A program made the translations under genes and the position numbers. Positions 36,394 to 49,214 of a stretch of DNA of 64,000 bases are shown one piece after another (within the stretch, counting starts at the first letter, position 1; each line of letters begins with the position of its first letter). The DNA lies in NCBI GenBank assembly GCA_965178125.1, contig OZ237758.1:868001-932000 (forward strand), read 5' to 3'. This DNA comes from Bilabrum cf. latius. Taxonomy: Eukaryota. The notes under the pieces are model-generated. The model ran no database searches and had not been told where the DNA came from. It was given only the letters and a program-made list of their open reading frames with translations.

Positions 36394-39030
36394 TTACCAG
36401 CCATCGTCGTCGCCCCAGTCGTCCGTGCCAAAGTCAATATCAGCCGCTGACGCGTCAGGCTTGCTCCTTGCCCCGGTTGCGGTGGCGCTGCTCAGCACTG
36501 CCGCTTGGGCTGCTCCTTGGCTTGATCTGGTCTATGGCAACCCCAGTCTCGTTCCAACCTTCTTACTGGGGGCAAGGGCGGGTGTAGCAACCGGTGGCAG
36601 CCCGAGGTCGTCTCCTTCGTCGCCCCAGCCGTCGCCATCGCCCCAGCAGTCTGCCTCGGCCTCGTCCAGGGGATTCGGCTTGCTCCCACCGGTTGCAACG
36701 GAATGCAAGGCAGTGCTGGCCGGGGGTTTGGAGCCGTGAGCCCCATCCTTTGGGGCACCTGCGCGTGTGGCGGCCGCACCACCATGCGATGCAACGTTGG
36801 ACGCACCTGCACTTGCCCCAGCGCGCAAACGGGTGCCAGACCCACCGCTGGCCCCTTGAAGTTGTTCCCCGGCCCCATCAGACCCCCCTCCGCTGCTACC
36901 GCCGCTACTCCCCACCCATCCGAGGGCAGAGGTCAGCAGACCGCTCCCACCACCGTGAGATGCATCCTTCCCACTGCCCAATCCCTCGGCGCTCCTGGCC
37001 CTGGCCCCCGAAGCCTCCCTCGCCTTCTCCTCCGCCTATTTCACCCTCTCTCGGGCCTCCTCCTTGTCCAGCTCCCGCTCGTGCCTCGCCTGCAGCAGCC
37101 CAGAGGCGGCCTGCAGCAGGGACAGGGCGGCGCCCCGCACCTCGCCAGACCTGTCCAGTGCCAGCTGGCCGGCAGCCGTCAGGCCGTACCGCACTACCGC
37201 AGCGCCGCTCACGGGCACCGGCCCACCATCTCCCTACCCCTCCCCCTTGTCCTGCCCCTTGCCCTGCCCCTGCCCCTGCCCCTGCCTGTGCCCCTGCCCC
37301 TCCTCCTTGCCCCCCTGTTTGCCCCGGAGAAGCGCTGATGTGGCGCGGACCGCTGCGGCCCGTACCGCCAGCGACCCGTCCCGCATCGGTGTGACGAGTG
37401 CGGGGAGCACCGCCTGCCTGTGTTCCGCAGAGAGCGGCGCCGCGCACCTCCCGATGCAGATGACAGCGTTGACCCTCAGGGCGGGGACAGCATCCGAGGC
37501 GGCCACCCGTGCCAGCTTGCCCGTGCACAGCTGCTGGCGCATGGCCGGCGTGAGCCTCGGTCCGAACTGCAGGGCGGCCTTCAGCGTGGCCTCCCTCATC
37601 TTGGGCAGCGTGTCGTCCAGCCCCTCCACGGCGCGGGGCCAGACGCTCTCGCGGACAGTCCTGTCGTCGATGGCCGGCAGGTAGGCCTGCAAGTTGTCCA
37701 GCAGCTGCAGCCGAGTGGCTCGATCCGGAATCGCAAAGAGCCTGAGCAGCGGTGGCACCACCCTGGCCCTGTACTCGTCCTCAGGGAGCGCCCTCCCGAT
37801 CGACAGCAGGGGGGCCAGCACCGCCGTCCCGCCTCCCGCGGCACCCCCGAACTCGAGCGCGTGCAGCAGCAGCGGCAGCACGCGGCCCCTCTAGGCCTCT
37901 TCTGCGACGCTGGGCAGCAGCCGGGGGAGTTCCTGGAAGAAGCGGGCCTTCTCAGCCGGGTCCTTCAGAGGAAGGTTCTCTAGGAACGAGAGAACCTTCA
38001 CCGTGGGGTTCCCCAGGAGAAATCCCCCAGGGGCACCCAGGGCCTGCCCGGGCCTGCTCCTGGACCTGGGACTCGCCATCAGCAGCCTCTGCACCCCCGG
38101 GCGCATCCCAGCAGGCACTTTTCCAGCCGCTTCCCGTGCCAGAGCCACCGCTGCCTTTGGGTCCATGCACGTCTGCAGCCGCCTGCACAGTGCCCTGGGG
38201 TCGGGCGACATGGCGGTGCAGGCCAGAAGGCCGGCCGCCCATGCGTCCACACCAGCGCCGGTCCATGCCCCCCCAGCTGATCCACCGGTGGATTTCATCC
38301 GCTCCGGGGCCGCCCACGCGCCGGGCATGAGCCCGTGGACCGAGCTGCCCGCGTCCCGCAGAAGGAAGGAGGAAGCACCTCCCGCGCCGCTGCCGGGTGC
38401 CGCGCCCCCCTCCGAGCCCCCGTCGGTTTCTTTGAGGGGGGAGCAGAGGTCCAGGGCGCCGATCCGCCACTCCCCGCCGGCCGTGACGAAGACCGCGTCT
38501 GGCGAGAGGGCCCCGTGGGCCACGCCGGCGTCTCGGAAGAACTCGGCGGCCTGCAGCACCCTGCAGACACCCCAGGCCAGCAGTCCAGGGTGGGGGGCCT
38601 TCGATGACCGCTCCGCGCCTGCGTCTGCGTCCGCTTCCACCAGGCTCTCGCCTTCCAGCCACATCATGAGAGGAACGGCATCCTCGGTAACCATCGTGAT
38701 TTCCTTCTCGTCTTCGACGGCATGAATCAGCCTTAGCACGGAAGGGTGCTTCAGGGTGCGCAACTTTCGCATAGCGTTTTGTGCCATGGCCACGTCGGTT
38801 TCGCCCTTGCCTTCTTTTGGAAAGCGGAACACCAGGACGTGCTTGCCCAGAGTCGACGAATCTGTTGCTGCCGCGGCAGCCGCAGCGGCCGCCGCACCAC
38901 CCTCAGCCGGTTCTGCAATCGCTTTTCGCTTCGCTCTTGACAGCGCCCAGCCAGTCGTGTAGTACATGAATGCATTGTCCTTGCCGGCTTGCTCCTCCTC
39001 GAACGGGAGTGCAGAGGATGAGACGCCCAT
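36394..39030 (-). CDS. SCY1/SCYL1-like pseudokinase with HEAT repeats, about 878 aa, 4 in-frame TAG, TAA stop
   Basis: Motifs AQNAMRKLRTLKHPSVL, HGALSPDAVFVTAGGEWRIG, VLPLLLHALEFG, DRATRLQLL and LRVNAVICIGR. TAG at 37891, 37234, 37036 and 36532. Ends DDWGDDDGW-TAA. Confidence 0.88.
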
Positions 39031-39235
39031 TCAAGACTCAAAGAAGTACGTGCGTCAAGATATATGCCTTGTTCAACAATGAAACAATCTGCAGGTTGCA
39101 CGCACTCGTGAATTGCACGACTGGTTGAGCTAATCTGCAAGGTTTTGTGCTGCCGTTTGTGGCACTCATCACACTTCGAGAACATCCGACGAATCCGACG
39201 AACGGTTGGTCCCCTCGCACACAAAGCAAACTGGA

Positions 39236-42151
39236 TCATATCGCCACCGCAGATCCCACGGGGGCGCCGAAGCCCGACTGCCCCGTCGGCTCCACGCCAC
39301 CACCAGCCCCGCCGATCGGACCTTCCTTCCCCTTCCGTCCGGCCACACCGCTTGCATCACCACGGCCGGTGCCACCGACCGGCCCTCGCTTCGACGGCGC
39401 GCCTGCCGATGCACCACCGTTCCCTGCACCTGCAGTGCCGGATCCGGCCCCACCGGAGGACGACCCCACCTCGGGGTCTCCCAGCTGCCCCGCCTCTCTC
39501 GCCGCCTGGAACGCGGCCTCCTCCTCCTTCTCATTCAGCTCGCGCACCCACCCAGGTAGCGACAAGGCATCCAGCACCAGCCCCAGCCCAAGCAAATTCA
39601 GAGACACGAAGGCGAGGCAGAAATGGCCCCACCGACGCAGGTACAAGTGGTGCACCCCGAACAAGCCCCCGAAGGAGAGTAGCAGGATGTACGCCGTCAC
39701 CAGGTCCGTGCGATCGTCGCGAACCTTCACCTCGTGTTCCTCGGCGAGCTCCTCCCCCGCCAGCGCCGCCTCCAGTTCCGCAGTGGCCCCCGGCGCCGCG
39801 CCGCCCGCCTCCCTCCGCGCCTGGAGCGCCTCCCCGCGGCTGTACTCCCTGTTCCCCAGCACCCCGTGTTCCCTGAGGGCCACGCGGCGGCGGGCCTGGT
39901 ACGCACCGTGCAGTGCACCCAGACACAGCCCGTCCGCCAGGAAGCCCACCCCGCAGCCACCCACAGAGAGCATGTACCCCACCCCCCTCCAGCAGTTCCC
40001 CAGTAGGAAGTGGTGCGCCCCCATCCACCCGCCCACCAGCCAGAACACGATGACGTGGACCATGTGCAGCGGCTCGGGGGCACCGGAGGAGCACCAGTCC
40101 CCGGCCTGCAGTGCCCTGTGCCGCATGGCCACCACGGCCGGGTCCTCCTGCTCCTGGAAGGAGGCCCCGCTCAATCCACCGGTGGATTGGCACCCCTACT
40201 CTTGCTGCTGCAGGTGATCGTGCTGCAGCAGCTCACGGCTGTGCTTCTTGCCCCCGCCATACCCGTCCCCGGCCTCCACGTCCACGCTTACTCCCACGTC
40301 ACCCGCAGACGCAGCGGCAGCACCACCGGCAGCACCGCTCCAACCCGGCTCCGCCGCCCCTTGCTCGTCATGCTTGCCTGCTCCGAACCCAGGTACTGGT
40401 GCGGGGGCCGGGGCAGGCTCGGCCTTGCCGGCGGCAGCAGGCGCAGCCCGCAGGTCCCCAGTTGCTGCTGCTGCAGACCCGTTGTGCCCTGCAGCTGTGT
40501 GGCCACCGGCTATGCCAGACACCCGCTCCCGCCTCGAGTCCTCGACTGCGGCCATCTGCAGCAGCACCCGCTTCCTGGCACGCTGTTCCCTGGCTCCCTC
40601 GCTCCTCTGGAGGTGCAGCAGGGCCATGTCGCAGAGCCATCCCAGCCCGCACCCCCCGAAGCTGAGGAAGTAGAACAGGCCCAGGCGCACGCGGCCAGAG
40701 AAGCAGTGGTGCAGGCCCGCAAATCCACCCATGGGCAGCCAAAGCAGAAGGTCCTTCTCGGCTTCCCTGGTCGTCACGCGGGAGTGCAGCTGCTGGTGCC
40801 ACCGCACCTGCCACGGGCCGTCGGCTCGCTCTGCCAACTCCCGTGCCCTCTCCGGAAGCAGCCATGGGCCGTGGTCGTACCCGTCCCTCCACCCCTCGCA
40901 CCCGCACAACTCGCCGTTGGGACACGCCGATTCGGAGCAGGGAGTCTGTCCCTCTTCACTCGTCACACCAACGGGCTGCCCCTTCGTGGGCTACTCGGAG
41001 AGTTGGTCTGGCGGTGGCGCTGGGGCAGGTGCCAGAGCTTCTTTATTTCCTTGTTCTCGCCCTCCCGCAGCCCGCATGCTCCCATGCTGCTTGCTCTCTT
41101 TCTCGTCGCCTCGATGGGCAGCTGCCGCGAAGATTGTGTCCGCGTGCACCGGGCCATCTGCCCCCACCGCACCGACGTAGAAGCCGGCGGCAGCCCTGCC
41201 GCCTTCTCGCACACCTATAGTGGCTTGCGTCGATGCCACACTTTGTCCCTGCCCCTGCCCTTGCCCTTGCCCTTGCCCTTGCCCCTGCGCTTGCCCCTGC
41301 GCTTGCCCCTGCGCTTGCCCTTGCCCCTGCCCATGGCTGCTTCCGCCCCTCATGGACACCTTGGCCCTGCCCCTCCCCCACGGCGCGGCCTTCTCCCGGT
41401 TGCAACCGGTACAGCAGCTGGACAGGTACTGGCTGCACAGGGAACACGGCGCCATAGATCGAAGCGGGTCGTGCTGGATGCGCCACTGCGCGTGGGACAC
41501 CACCCGCGGCATGACTACGAGGTCATACAGCCAGCCCAGGCCCAAACCGCCGAAGCTGAAGAAGTAAGCGAGGCCACGCTCCCAGCTGGCGAGGTAAACA
41601 TGGTGCAGCCCAAAGATGCCGAGAGGGAAGGCCAGCTTGTACGCGTCCGAGGTGTACTTGTGCGTCGCGTGCGGACTCCGGTTGTAGTCAGCCACCATGT
41701 CGTGCAGGGAGTGAGCATCAATCAAGTGCCACAGCAGGAGGAGAAGAAGGCTCCAGAACGAAGGATCACTATTGATGCACACTACAAGAACCGCGCAGTA
41801 GAGGATGGCGTAGTTGTAATGCCGGAGGTACAGTCGGTGCGCTGCGATGAGTGGGCCGGGGAAGGCCCACAGCATGTAGGCTGTGCACGTCGATTTTTCC
41901 TCCGTGTAGCAGCAGCGGGCGAGCGTTGTATCAACACTAAGCCATCTTATACCGCTGACACACCCCATAATGCAGGATCCGATGCAGCAGCAGCACCGAA
42001 GGGGAATCGGATCACTTGATCTCGAGTCGTCGCCTGGGTTGTTCGTGGCAACGCTCGGGACGCTCTGCACAGGCTTCTCCGGCGGAAAACCGGACGAAAG
42101 GGAAGACCCATTCGAATTTATACTGGTAGATCCCTGCTATTGTTTACTCAT
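39236..42151 (-). CDS. Multi-pass membrane protein with five TM2-like domains, about 971 aa, 3 in-frame TAG
   Basis: Five TM2-like motifs: LIAAHRLYL, GIFGLHHVYL, GFAGLHHCFSG, GWMGAHHFLLG and GLFGVHHLYL. One frame through TAG at 42137, 40991 and 40196. Ends TGA. Confidence 0.8.
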
Positions 42152-42386
42152 TGCAACCGATTTCGTTTGTTTTTGCGGTTGAAATGTGAAGCTACATACC
42201 CGCACCACAAGTGCAACCGGGTGCATGGTGTGACGAGCGCAGAACTTTCCTGGAAAAAATGAAGAAGGAAAAGGCAGGGAATGTGCTTGTAGGCTCAGCG
42301 GTGCGTGAAGCTGAGCATGGCTTGCATGCAGTATTGAATCAACGTTTATTCGTTTCCATGACAGCTCACACCCACAATCCGGCTCT

Positions 42387-44077
42387 TCAAGACTCCATTC
42401 CCGGCTGCTCGGCCGACCCCGACGCACTGCCGCCCGCGCTATCTCCAGCGCCAGCCGCAGCGCCTGCCGCTGAGGGCGTGTCACTGCTGCCTGGCATGCT
42501 CACGATCCCAGCCGCTGCAGGCAATGCAGCCGCCGGGGTGCCAGCCGCAGCGGCAGGGGCCACGGGTGCACCACTGCTGTTGTTGCTGCTGCTGCTGCTG
42601 CTCATGGGGGGCTGAATCTGCCCTGCTGCTGTTGTGCTTGCCGCTGCCGCCGCGGGGGCAGGGACCTGTCCGCCTGCTGTCGCTGCGGCAGTGGGTTGCA
42701 CCTGTCCCTGCGAGGCGGGAGCACCCACTGGAGCACCAGCTGCGGCGGGTGGCGCTGTTCCCTGCGCCGTACCCTGGCCCTGCTTCTGCTGCACCGCCTT
42801 GAGATACTGTGGATACTTGGCTCTCATGTGCTCTGACACCTTGCGCAGCTGGGCGTAGAAGGCGGCCTTGGTGACCTCGCTCGAGTGCTGCAGCTCCGGG
42901 GGGAGGGGCGGAGGGGGCCCGCCCGCGCCCGACAGGTGGGACAGCAGCTCCATGGCCTTCGGGTCCGTGCGCGCGGCGGCGGCTGCGGCAGCGACGGCCT
43001 GGTTGGCGGCGTTCCCGCCGATGGTCTCCTCGTCTAGCTGCGTGGGGGGCACTCCCCCCGGGGCCTGCCCCATAGTGGGGGCCGTGGACCGGGCCGCCTG
43101 GCCCGCGGCGCCCATGGACTGGGACGTCGGGGCCATGCCGGCCGCGGTCGGAGCCAACCCACCGGTGTGGGCCAGCCCGGCGTGGGGCGCCATGCCCATC
43201 CCCGGCTGCATTCCCATGCCCATGCCCATGCCCATGGAGCCCATGCCCGGCTGCGACGGCGGGGGTACGGAGCCCGGGGGCGGGGGCGGGGGCGGTTTCC
43301 CGATGATTTCTCTGAGGAAATCGAACCAGTCCGTGTCCTGGGCGGCGGCCTGGATGTCCTCCCGCTGCAGCGTGGAGCGGCGGTGGGCCTCGCTCGTGGC
43401 GGCGCCCCATCCTCTGCGGTGGGAAAGGAACGCACGGAACAGCGAGCATTGCAAGGCTTGGGGGTAGCATCTAAAGAGCAGCCGTCTTCACGCCTGCAAC
43501 ACGAACTGCGGCTGCCTATGTTTGGACCACAGCATGTGGACGCCTTGTAGATTCAAAGCCGTGCAAAGTGTCGCATTCCCACTCACCTCATGGTTATTTC
43601 GGCAATGAAAAGCTCGCATGCTTTCGCAAACAAAACTGGGGCCTCCGCCGAGATCATCCTAACGTCCTCGTCGCTCTTCATGATCCTCTTGATCCGAGCC
43701 AGCGGAAGGTCATTGTGCTGCTTGTACTCAGACTCGGCACCAATAGGCATTCGTCGCACTTGGTTCACCTCTTGCCTGAAATATTCCACGAGCGCGGCTT
43801 CGTGGTCGAATGGTGGCATCTGCACTTGCTCTCCCATGCTGCCCATCATACCGACACCCCCCATGCCGCCAAGTCCACCGTAGCTCGTCATGTGTGACTG
43901 CTGTATAGGCTGCGAATATCCCATGCTCGCCTATGGTAGCGGCTGCACCACTCCAGGCAGAACGGCGGCAGGTGCAGCTGCCGCTGGGGTTGCCATTGGG
44001 GCTACTCCCGCTGCGGCAGGAAGGCCTGGCGCCGGCGCTGGGGCAGCAGAGCTTGGCATTGTCACGCTCGAATTCAT
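42387..44077 (-). CDS. NFYC: NF-YC/HAP5-like histone-fold transcription factor; exons 43587-44077 and 42387-43413; 1 in-frame TAG
   Basis: [44 protein letters not shown]...[10 protein letters not shown]...[10 protein letters not shown] across a GTGAGT...CGCAG intron at 43414-43586. TAG at 43931. Ends TGA. Confidence 0.9.
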
Positions 44078-44239
44078 GGGAGCCGAACCGCCGGACTGCT
44101 CCATCCCTTACGGCCTTTGCTGCAAAGAATTGATTTGGCCCCACGAGACCATTGTACCGTGCTATTTAAGCGGGCATCTAGTCGTCGAACGGCAAGTGCG
44201 GCCGGTACCAGGCCATATCGGGCCTCTCAACCTGATAGG

Positions 44240-47012
44240 ATGAGTGGTTTTGGTAGTAATACATCACAGTTCCAATCAGAAAGTGCGGGATTACCGAGGC
44301 GCAGGGCGGTCGCGGTGTATCCGCAGTGCCAAGAGGTCGTATTGATTCTTGGATACGTGTGCCTGTCGATCACTGTGCTTGCCGGCCTCATCGACGAGGA
44401 TTCTCCGCTTAGAATTGCTGCATCACCACTGGCATCGATATGCTTGGTTGCGCTACTTATCATGTGGCACTTCAGAATAGGGTGAGTTGCAGTCCGACGC
44501 CTGCACACGACGTGACCAAATAGCCATCAGTCTGAGTGTCGACAAATCGAACCGTCTCGATAGTTCTTGATTGTATCGCAGCTGGCTGTCTGTCCCGCTT
44601 GGAGCTTTTATGGTCGCCGGGATCCTGCTGCTTGCTCTTGGCGACCTGATCATATTGGAGCAGCAGCAGACCGGTTTGCACATGCTGGGTTTCCTACTGC
44701 TCGTCGCGGGCGACGCGTGCCTGGCCACGTCCCTGTGGCTCCCCACCGTGAATATAGAAGCCCTGTACGAGCACGGTGTCGACCTCACGGAGGGCGCCCC
44801 TGCCCACGCCGCCGCCCGCGTCCCGCTGCAGCCGTGGCTCGCGGTGCCCTACGCAGTCGCGGGGCTGGCGGCCCTGCTCACGTGGCGGTTGGCCTTCTGG
44901 CAGGGGTCCGCAGGCACACCAGCTAGCAACATTGGCGGTGGTGTGACGACCGGTGGTGGCGACATCGACGGCTTCACCCCCACGGACACGCTCAGGTTTC
45001 CCCCCATGGCCGCCATGGTGGTGGCGCAGGCAGTGCTCGTGTGGAGGGCGGCCGCCAGGGTGGGATACAGATCGCCCACCCCGGCCATGGCTCTGCTTGC
45101 CGTGGATCCGGCGGGCGGGACAGGCGTGGATGCGCCTGCGAGCGGCAAGGGCAAGGGGACCGGCACCGGCAGGGGCAGCTCCGGCGGGGCAGCTGGCACG
45201 CAGGACTCGGGGAGCAGCGCCACCCCGCGCAAGGCCCTCGGGCGCGGGTCCACCACCTCCCAGTAGCCCAGCCAGGGAACAACGGAGGGGTTTGACCCCT
45301 CGCCCTCCCTGAGGACGCCCAGCGGGAGGCCGGTGGCCTACGGCGCCACAGACGTGGATGCCGCCCCTACGCCGCCGTCAGGAGGTCCCCAGGGGGGCCA
45401 GGGAACACAGGAGGGCAAGGGAGGGCCGGTGCAGGTGCGGTCTAATCGAGCAGAGGCGCTGCGGCGCGGCACTGGCGATGCGTTGCTGGAGATGTACGGC
45501 AGGTCCGAGACGCTGGAGGGGCGTGGGACGCAGATCGTGGGGCTCGTGGGAGTGCTGCTGCTGTGCGCGGCACACCTGCTTGCGTGCGGGGCTCTGCTAT
45601 TCGGATGGGGCGTGTCCGGGGAGCTCTAGCTGGAGGGGCCCCCGTCCACCGTGCTTGTTCTCTACGCGCTGTGCAACTGGATGGCCCAGCTGTTGATCGT
45701 GTTCTCCGTGCCCCTGGTGCTGCCCCCGCGAGGCACGCTGGACGACCAGTACGTCAGGCCCAGGAGGTACGACGGGCCGCCGCTGCGGGTGCTCGTGCTG
45801 CTGCCCCAGAGGTTTGACGCGGGTGAGATCGCTGTTCCCTGGTTCCTGCTGCGGTCCAGGGGTCACCTGGTGGAGTTCACCACCACGAGTGGGAGGGCAC
45901 CCCCCGTGCCCGACCCCGCCTCGGTGCGAGGGGCCGGTGTGGCGGGCGTGGGCGGCGCGGGGCCTCTCGTGGCCGCTATGCTGAGCAGGCTGCTGGAGGA
46001 CCCGTCCTACCGCAAGCCGCTCCCCGTGCGGCTGGCCAAGCCGGATGCGTACGACGGTTTGCTGGTCGCGGGCGTGGGGCCGGTGCCCTCCAAGGCCGGC
46101 AGTGCCTGGCTCCGTGACGGGCGCGTGCAGGCGGCGGCGGCTGCGTTCTGGGACACGGGGCGGCCGGTGGGCGCGCTGGGCCGCGGGGTGGCTCTGCTGG
46201 GCAGGGCAAGGGAGGGCCAGGGAGACGACAGGCAGCAGCAGAGGGCCGTAGCTCCGTGGCAGAGGCAGGCACCCGGCCCCGCCGTCGTCCCCGACGTGGG
46301 GCCCTCCCTGCTGGAGGGCAGCGTGGTTACAACCGCCCCCTGGCAGCTGGAGAGGTTGGCGGCCACGGCCGACGTGTGCTGCGCCTGCAGGTGCAACGCA
46401 CTGCCGCGCGCGTGCCTGGCGGCGTGCGGGGGAACGGGCGGCACACAGTGCTAGGAAGCCTCGGTTGGGTACACTGCACGGTGCTGTGCGGGGGCGTGTT
46501 CCGGCCTGCGGCTGTGCGCGCTGGGGTGCCGCGGGTGCTGTCGGTACGGCAGGGACGCGTGCGAGTCCTGCGGGTGCCCTGGATGTGACGAGTAGAAGGG
46601 CGGGGGCTGCACGGTGTGCCTCGGGCGGTCGAGCACCGCGGCGGGCAGGCCGGGGCAGGGGCTCCTCGCGTCTGCGGGGGCCTCGTGGCAGGACGAGGAC
46701 TGCTGCGCCGGGGTGGGCTGCTGGGAGGACCCGGAGCCGCGAGGGAGTGCATCGCACGGCAGCGCGCTGGCCCTCCACGAGGTGGACAGCGAGCTGTGCC
46801 TCGCTAGCAGCGAGATCGAGGGCGCGGTGGGGGGCGAGGGGAGGTATCTCAGGGGCCCGTGGACGATGCTGTCGAGGGGCAGTCCGTGGGACGACAGCCT
46901 TGCATTCGTGGTGGAGGACGGGCGGCTGGTGACGGGGCGGTGGGCCGGGGACGCGTTCCTGCTCGGGAGGCGGTTCTTGCACAAGATCGAGGAGGTGCCG
47001 CGCATGTACTGA
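44240..47012 (+). CDS. Multi-TM protein fused to a DJ-1/PfpI (class I GATase-like) domain with a Cys-rich insert; exons 44240-44481 and 44582-47012; 4 in-frame TAG
   Basis: RVLVLLPQRFDAGEIAVPW...YDGLLVAG...AAFWDTGRPVGALGRGV and the domain end AFVVEDGRLVTGRWAGDAFLL are connected only by reading through TAG (45264, 45627, 46452, about 46593). Ends TGA. Confidence 0.78.
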
Positions 47013-47222
47013 GCCCGGTTTGGCTCGCTCGCGTGCATTGAGAGAGAGGTCTCTTATATAATTCTTGAGCACATTTGCGCGTATTGCTGCATCCAGTGAG
47101 GTCACACGGTGTCCAGCGGCTTCCGGCACTGTGGCACAGTCAGCCGGTACTAGGCTAGTTCCGGGTCTCGGTTCCTGAACACGCAAATGGGCGCGTATTT
47201 CCATACATATCGAACTTGATAG

Positions 47223-47744
47223 ATGCCTTTCTTTGCGCTGCGCGCCACTTTAGCGCTTGAAGGTATTGCTTTATTTAACATGCGGAAAGGTAGCCTGATT
47301 CGCTGCAAATTCAGGTGCAGCACCTGCGGAACGGAGACGGACGATTTTGCAGCTGTCGATCCTGAGAACGTTGTAGAGCTCGAGGGTTCTAGAGGCGAAG
47401 CAAACCATGCGCAGAGCTGTTCTGGTTGTGGATCATCGTTCAATGTGCAAGTTGGCCCGATCGCGTCGGGAATTGCTGCTGATCGCCTCGAACCGGATGG
47501 CGACGGGGCAGAGCTCGTGACGCTAGAGATTCGCGGCGCAGAGCCCGTTGATTTTGAAGCCGGGGAGGATTCATTTGAAGCCATCAGCCCCTCCGATACG
47601 TCTTTCGAAGTAGATCTTTCGGAAGGGGAGTGGGCAGACTACGATGAAGCTTCCGACACTGCCCTTTCCATTATGGAGCCATCGTTTGAGTGGACCAAAG
47701 CAGAGGCCAGCAAGAAAAAGAAGAAAGGTGCAAAGCGAAAATGA
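47223..47744 (+). CDS. DUF866 / CXXC zinc-binding protein (CZIB-like)
   Basis: MPFFALRATLALEG, KFRCSTCGTE, ELEGSRGEAN, CSGC, LEIRGAEPVDF and FEVDLSEGEWADYDE motifs. Ends TGA. Confidence 0.85.
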   Translation: MPFFALRATLALEGIALFNMRKGSLIRCKFRCSTCGTETDDFAAVDPENVVELEGSRGEANHAQSCSGCGSSFNVQVGPIASGIAADRLEPDGDGAELVTLEIRGAEPVDFEAGEDSFEAISPSDTSFEVDLSEGEWADYDEASDTALSIMEPSFEWTKAEASKKKKKGAKRK

Positions 47745-47971
47745 TGACGTGATTGAATTCGTCAACTTTTTATCGAGACTTTACCTCCTCATGATCTGGA
47801 CGTGTGCCAGTGGTTTGTTGACATGAACGCGATCTGTGTAGTACACCGTTATTCCCAGCCTCGATCAGTTGGTGGGCCTTCAACATGAAAAGCTTTGCTG
47901 GGATTTTGGATGCTCACGAGGCCAGGGCTGGTCCACCGGATGCGGCCTAGTCCGGACCGCGACCCTCCCCC

Positions 47972-49048
47972 TCAAGCAACCGCCTCGTCCTTCCCCTCTG
48001 CCTCGTCCTTCCCCTCTTCGGAAGCCCCTGCCTCCCCGCCCTCCTTCCAGTAGTCCACCGCGTCTAGCGCCACCTCGCAGCTCTCCCGCACCACCTGCTC
48101 GGGGTCCTTCATGAACGTTCGCAGCGTCTCAAGCGCCCCCTTGGTCCCCACAGCCCCCAGCGCCTCGGCTGCCTCGTGCCTCACCATCGGGTGCTCCTCT
48201 GCCTTGGACAGGCACTCTGCAAGCTAAGACTCCGCCTCCGGGGCGGCCATCTGACCCAGAACGTAGGCGCACTCGTGCCGGAACAGCGCAGAGCTGCCCT
48301 CCAGCATCCCACGGCACAGGGCGCTCACCGCCGCGGCGCCGCCCCGGTTCCGCAGCGCGAACATGGCCCTGTACCTCTCGAAAAGCGGCCTGTCTTCGTC
48401 CAGCAGCTGCGCTCCCAGCTCCTCCACGCTCGAGGAGCCCTCCGCCGACTAGGACGCTCCCGACGGTCCTGACGTGGTGGGCTTCGGGGAGGCCTCTGCG
48501 GGCACAGCAGCGGCGGTGGGGGGCGCGCTGCCGGTGCTGATGGTACCCAGATCGGCCTCTGGTAAAGGGGCGGGGTCGATGGATTGGTACGGATTCGCGG
48601 CGTCGCACCTGGACTGCGCCACCTCGCCGTGCTCGAGGCGCCACCGGACCGCTGGCACTGCGATCTGGCACGTCTCAGACACTTCCTTGGCGTCATCTTT
48701 GCAAAATTCCTCCAAAATCAGTAAGGAATCAGCAGAACCAATTGCAGCGAGCGCTTCCGCACACTCGTGTCGCACTATTGAATCGTCGGAGGTATCGCGC
48801 AGAATCGCGGCAAGGTGCTCGTCTGCGCTTGCCAGTCTCATCTGCCCTAGGCAATATGCTATCTCGTGCCTGAAAAGACAACTTCCTTTCTTGTCTGCCA
48901 AAGCTGTTGCGAGCGCGGCAGCTGCCCCTTCGCCACCGTTGGTGCGCAGGAAAAACACTGCCCGCATTCTCTCCGGCATGGGTTGCTTCGTGTCGAGCAA
49001 AACCTTCTATAGAGATGCCACATCCTGGGCCTCCTCGCAAGCTGCCAT
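47972..49048 (-). CDS. DOHH: Deoxyhypusine hydroxylase, 358 aa, 3 in-frame TAG
   Basis: Four HE motifs ([47 protein letters not shown]), SIDPAP and [16 protein letters not shown] at 49007, 48449 and 48224. Ends TGA. Confidence 0.95.
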
Positions 49049-49214
49049 CGTTCACGGGCTTTCAGCGGCGACAAAAACTCAGCTGAACTAGTAAGCGGCG
49101 GGTCGAGGGCCCATGCCGGGAACAGCAACCGGATTGCGGCTAGTAGTTCCGGTTTTGGCAACGCTGCCATCCGTTGCAGAGCGACCTCACCGGTCTCAAA
49201 CCCTGTCAAAAACG

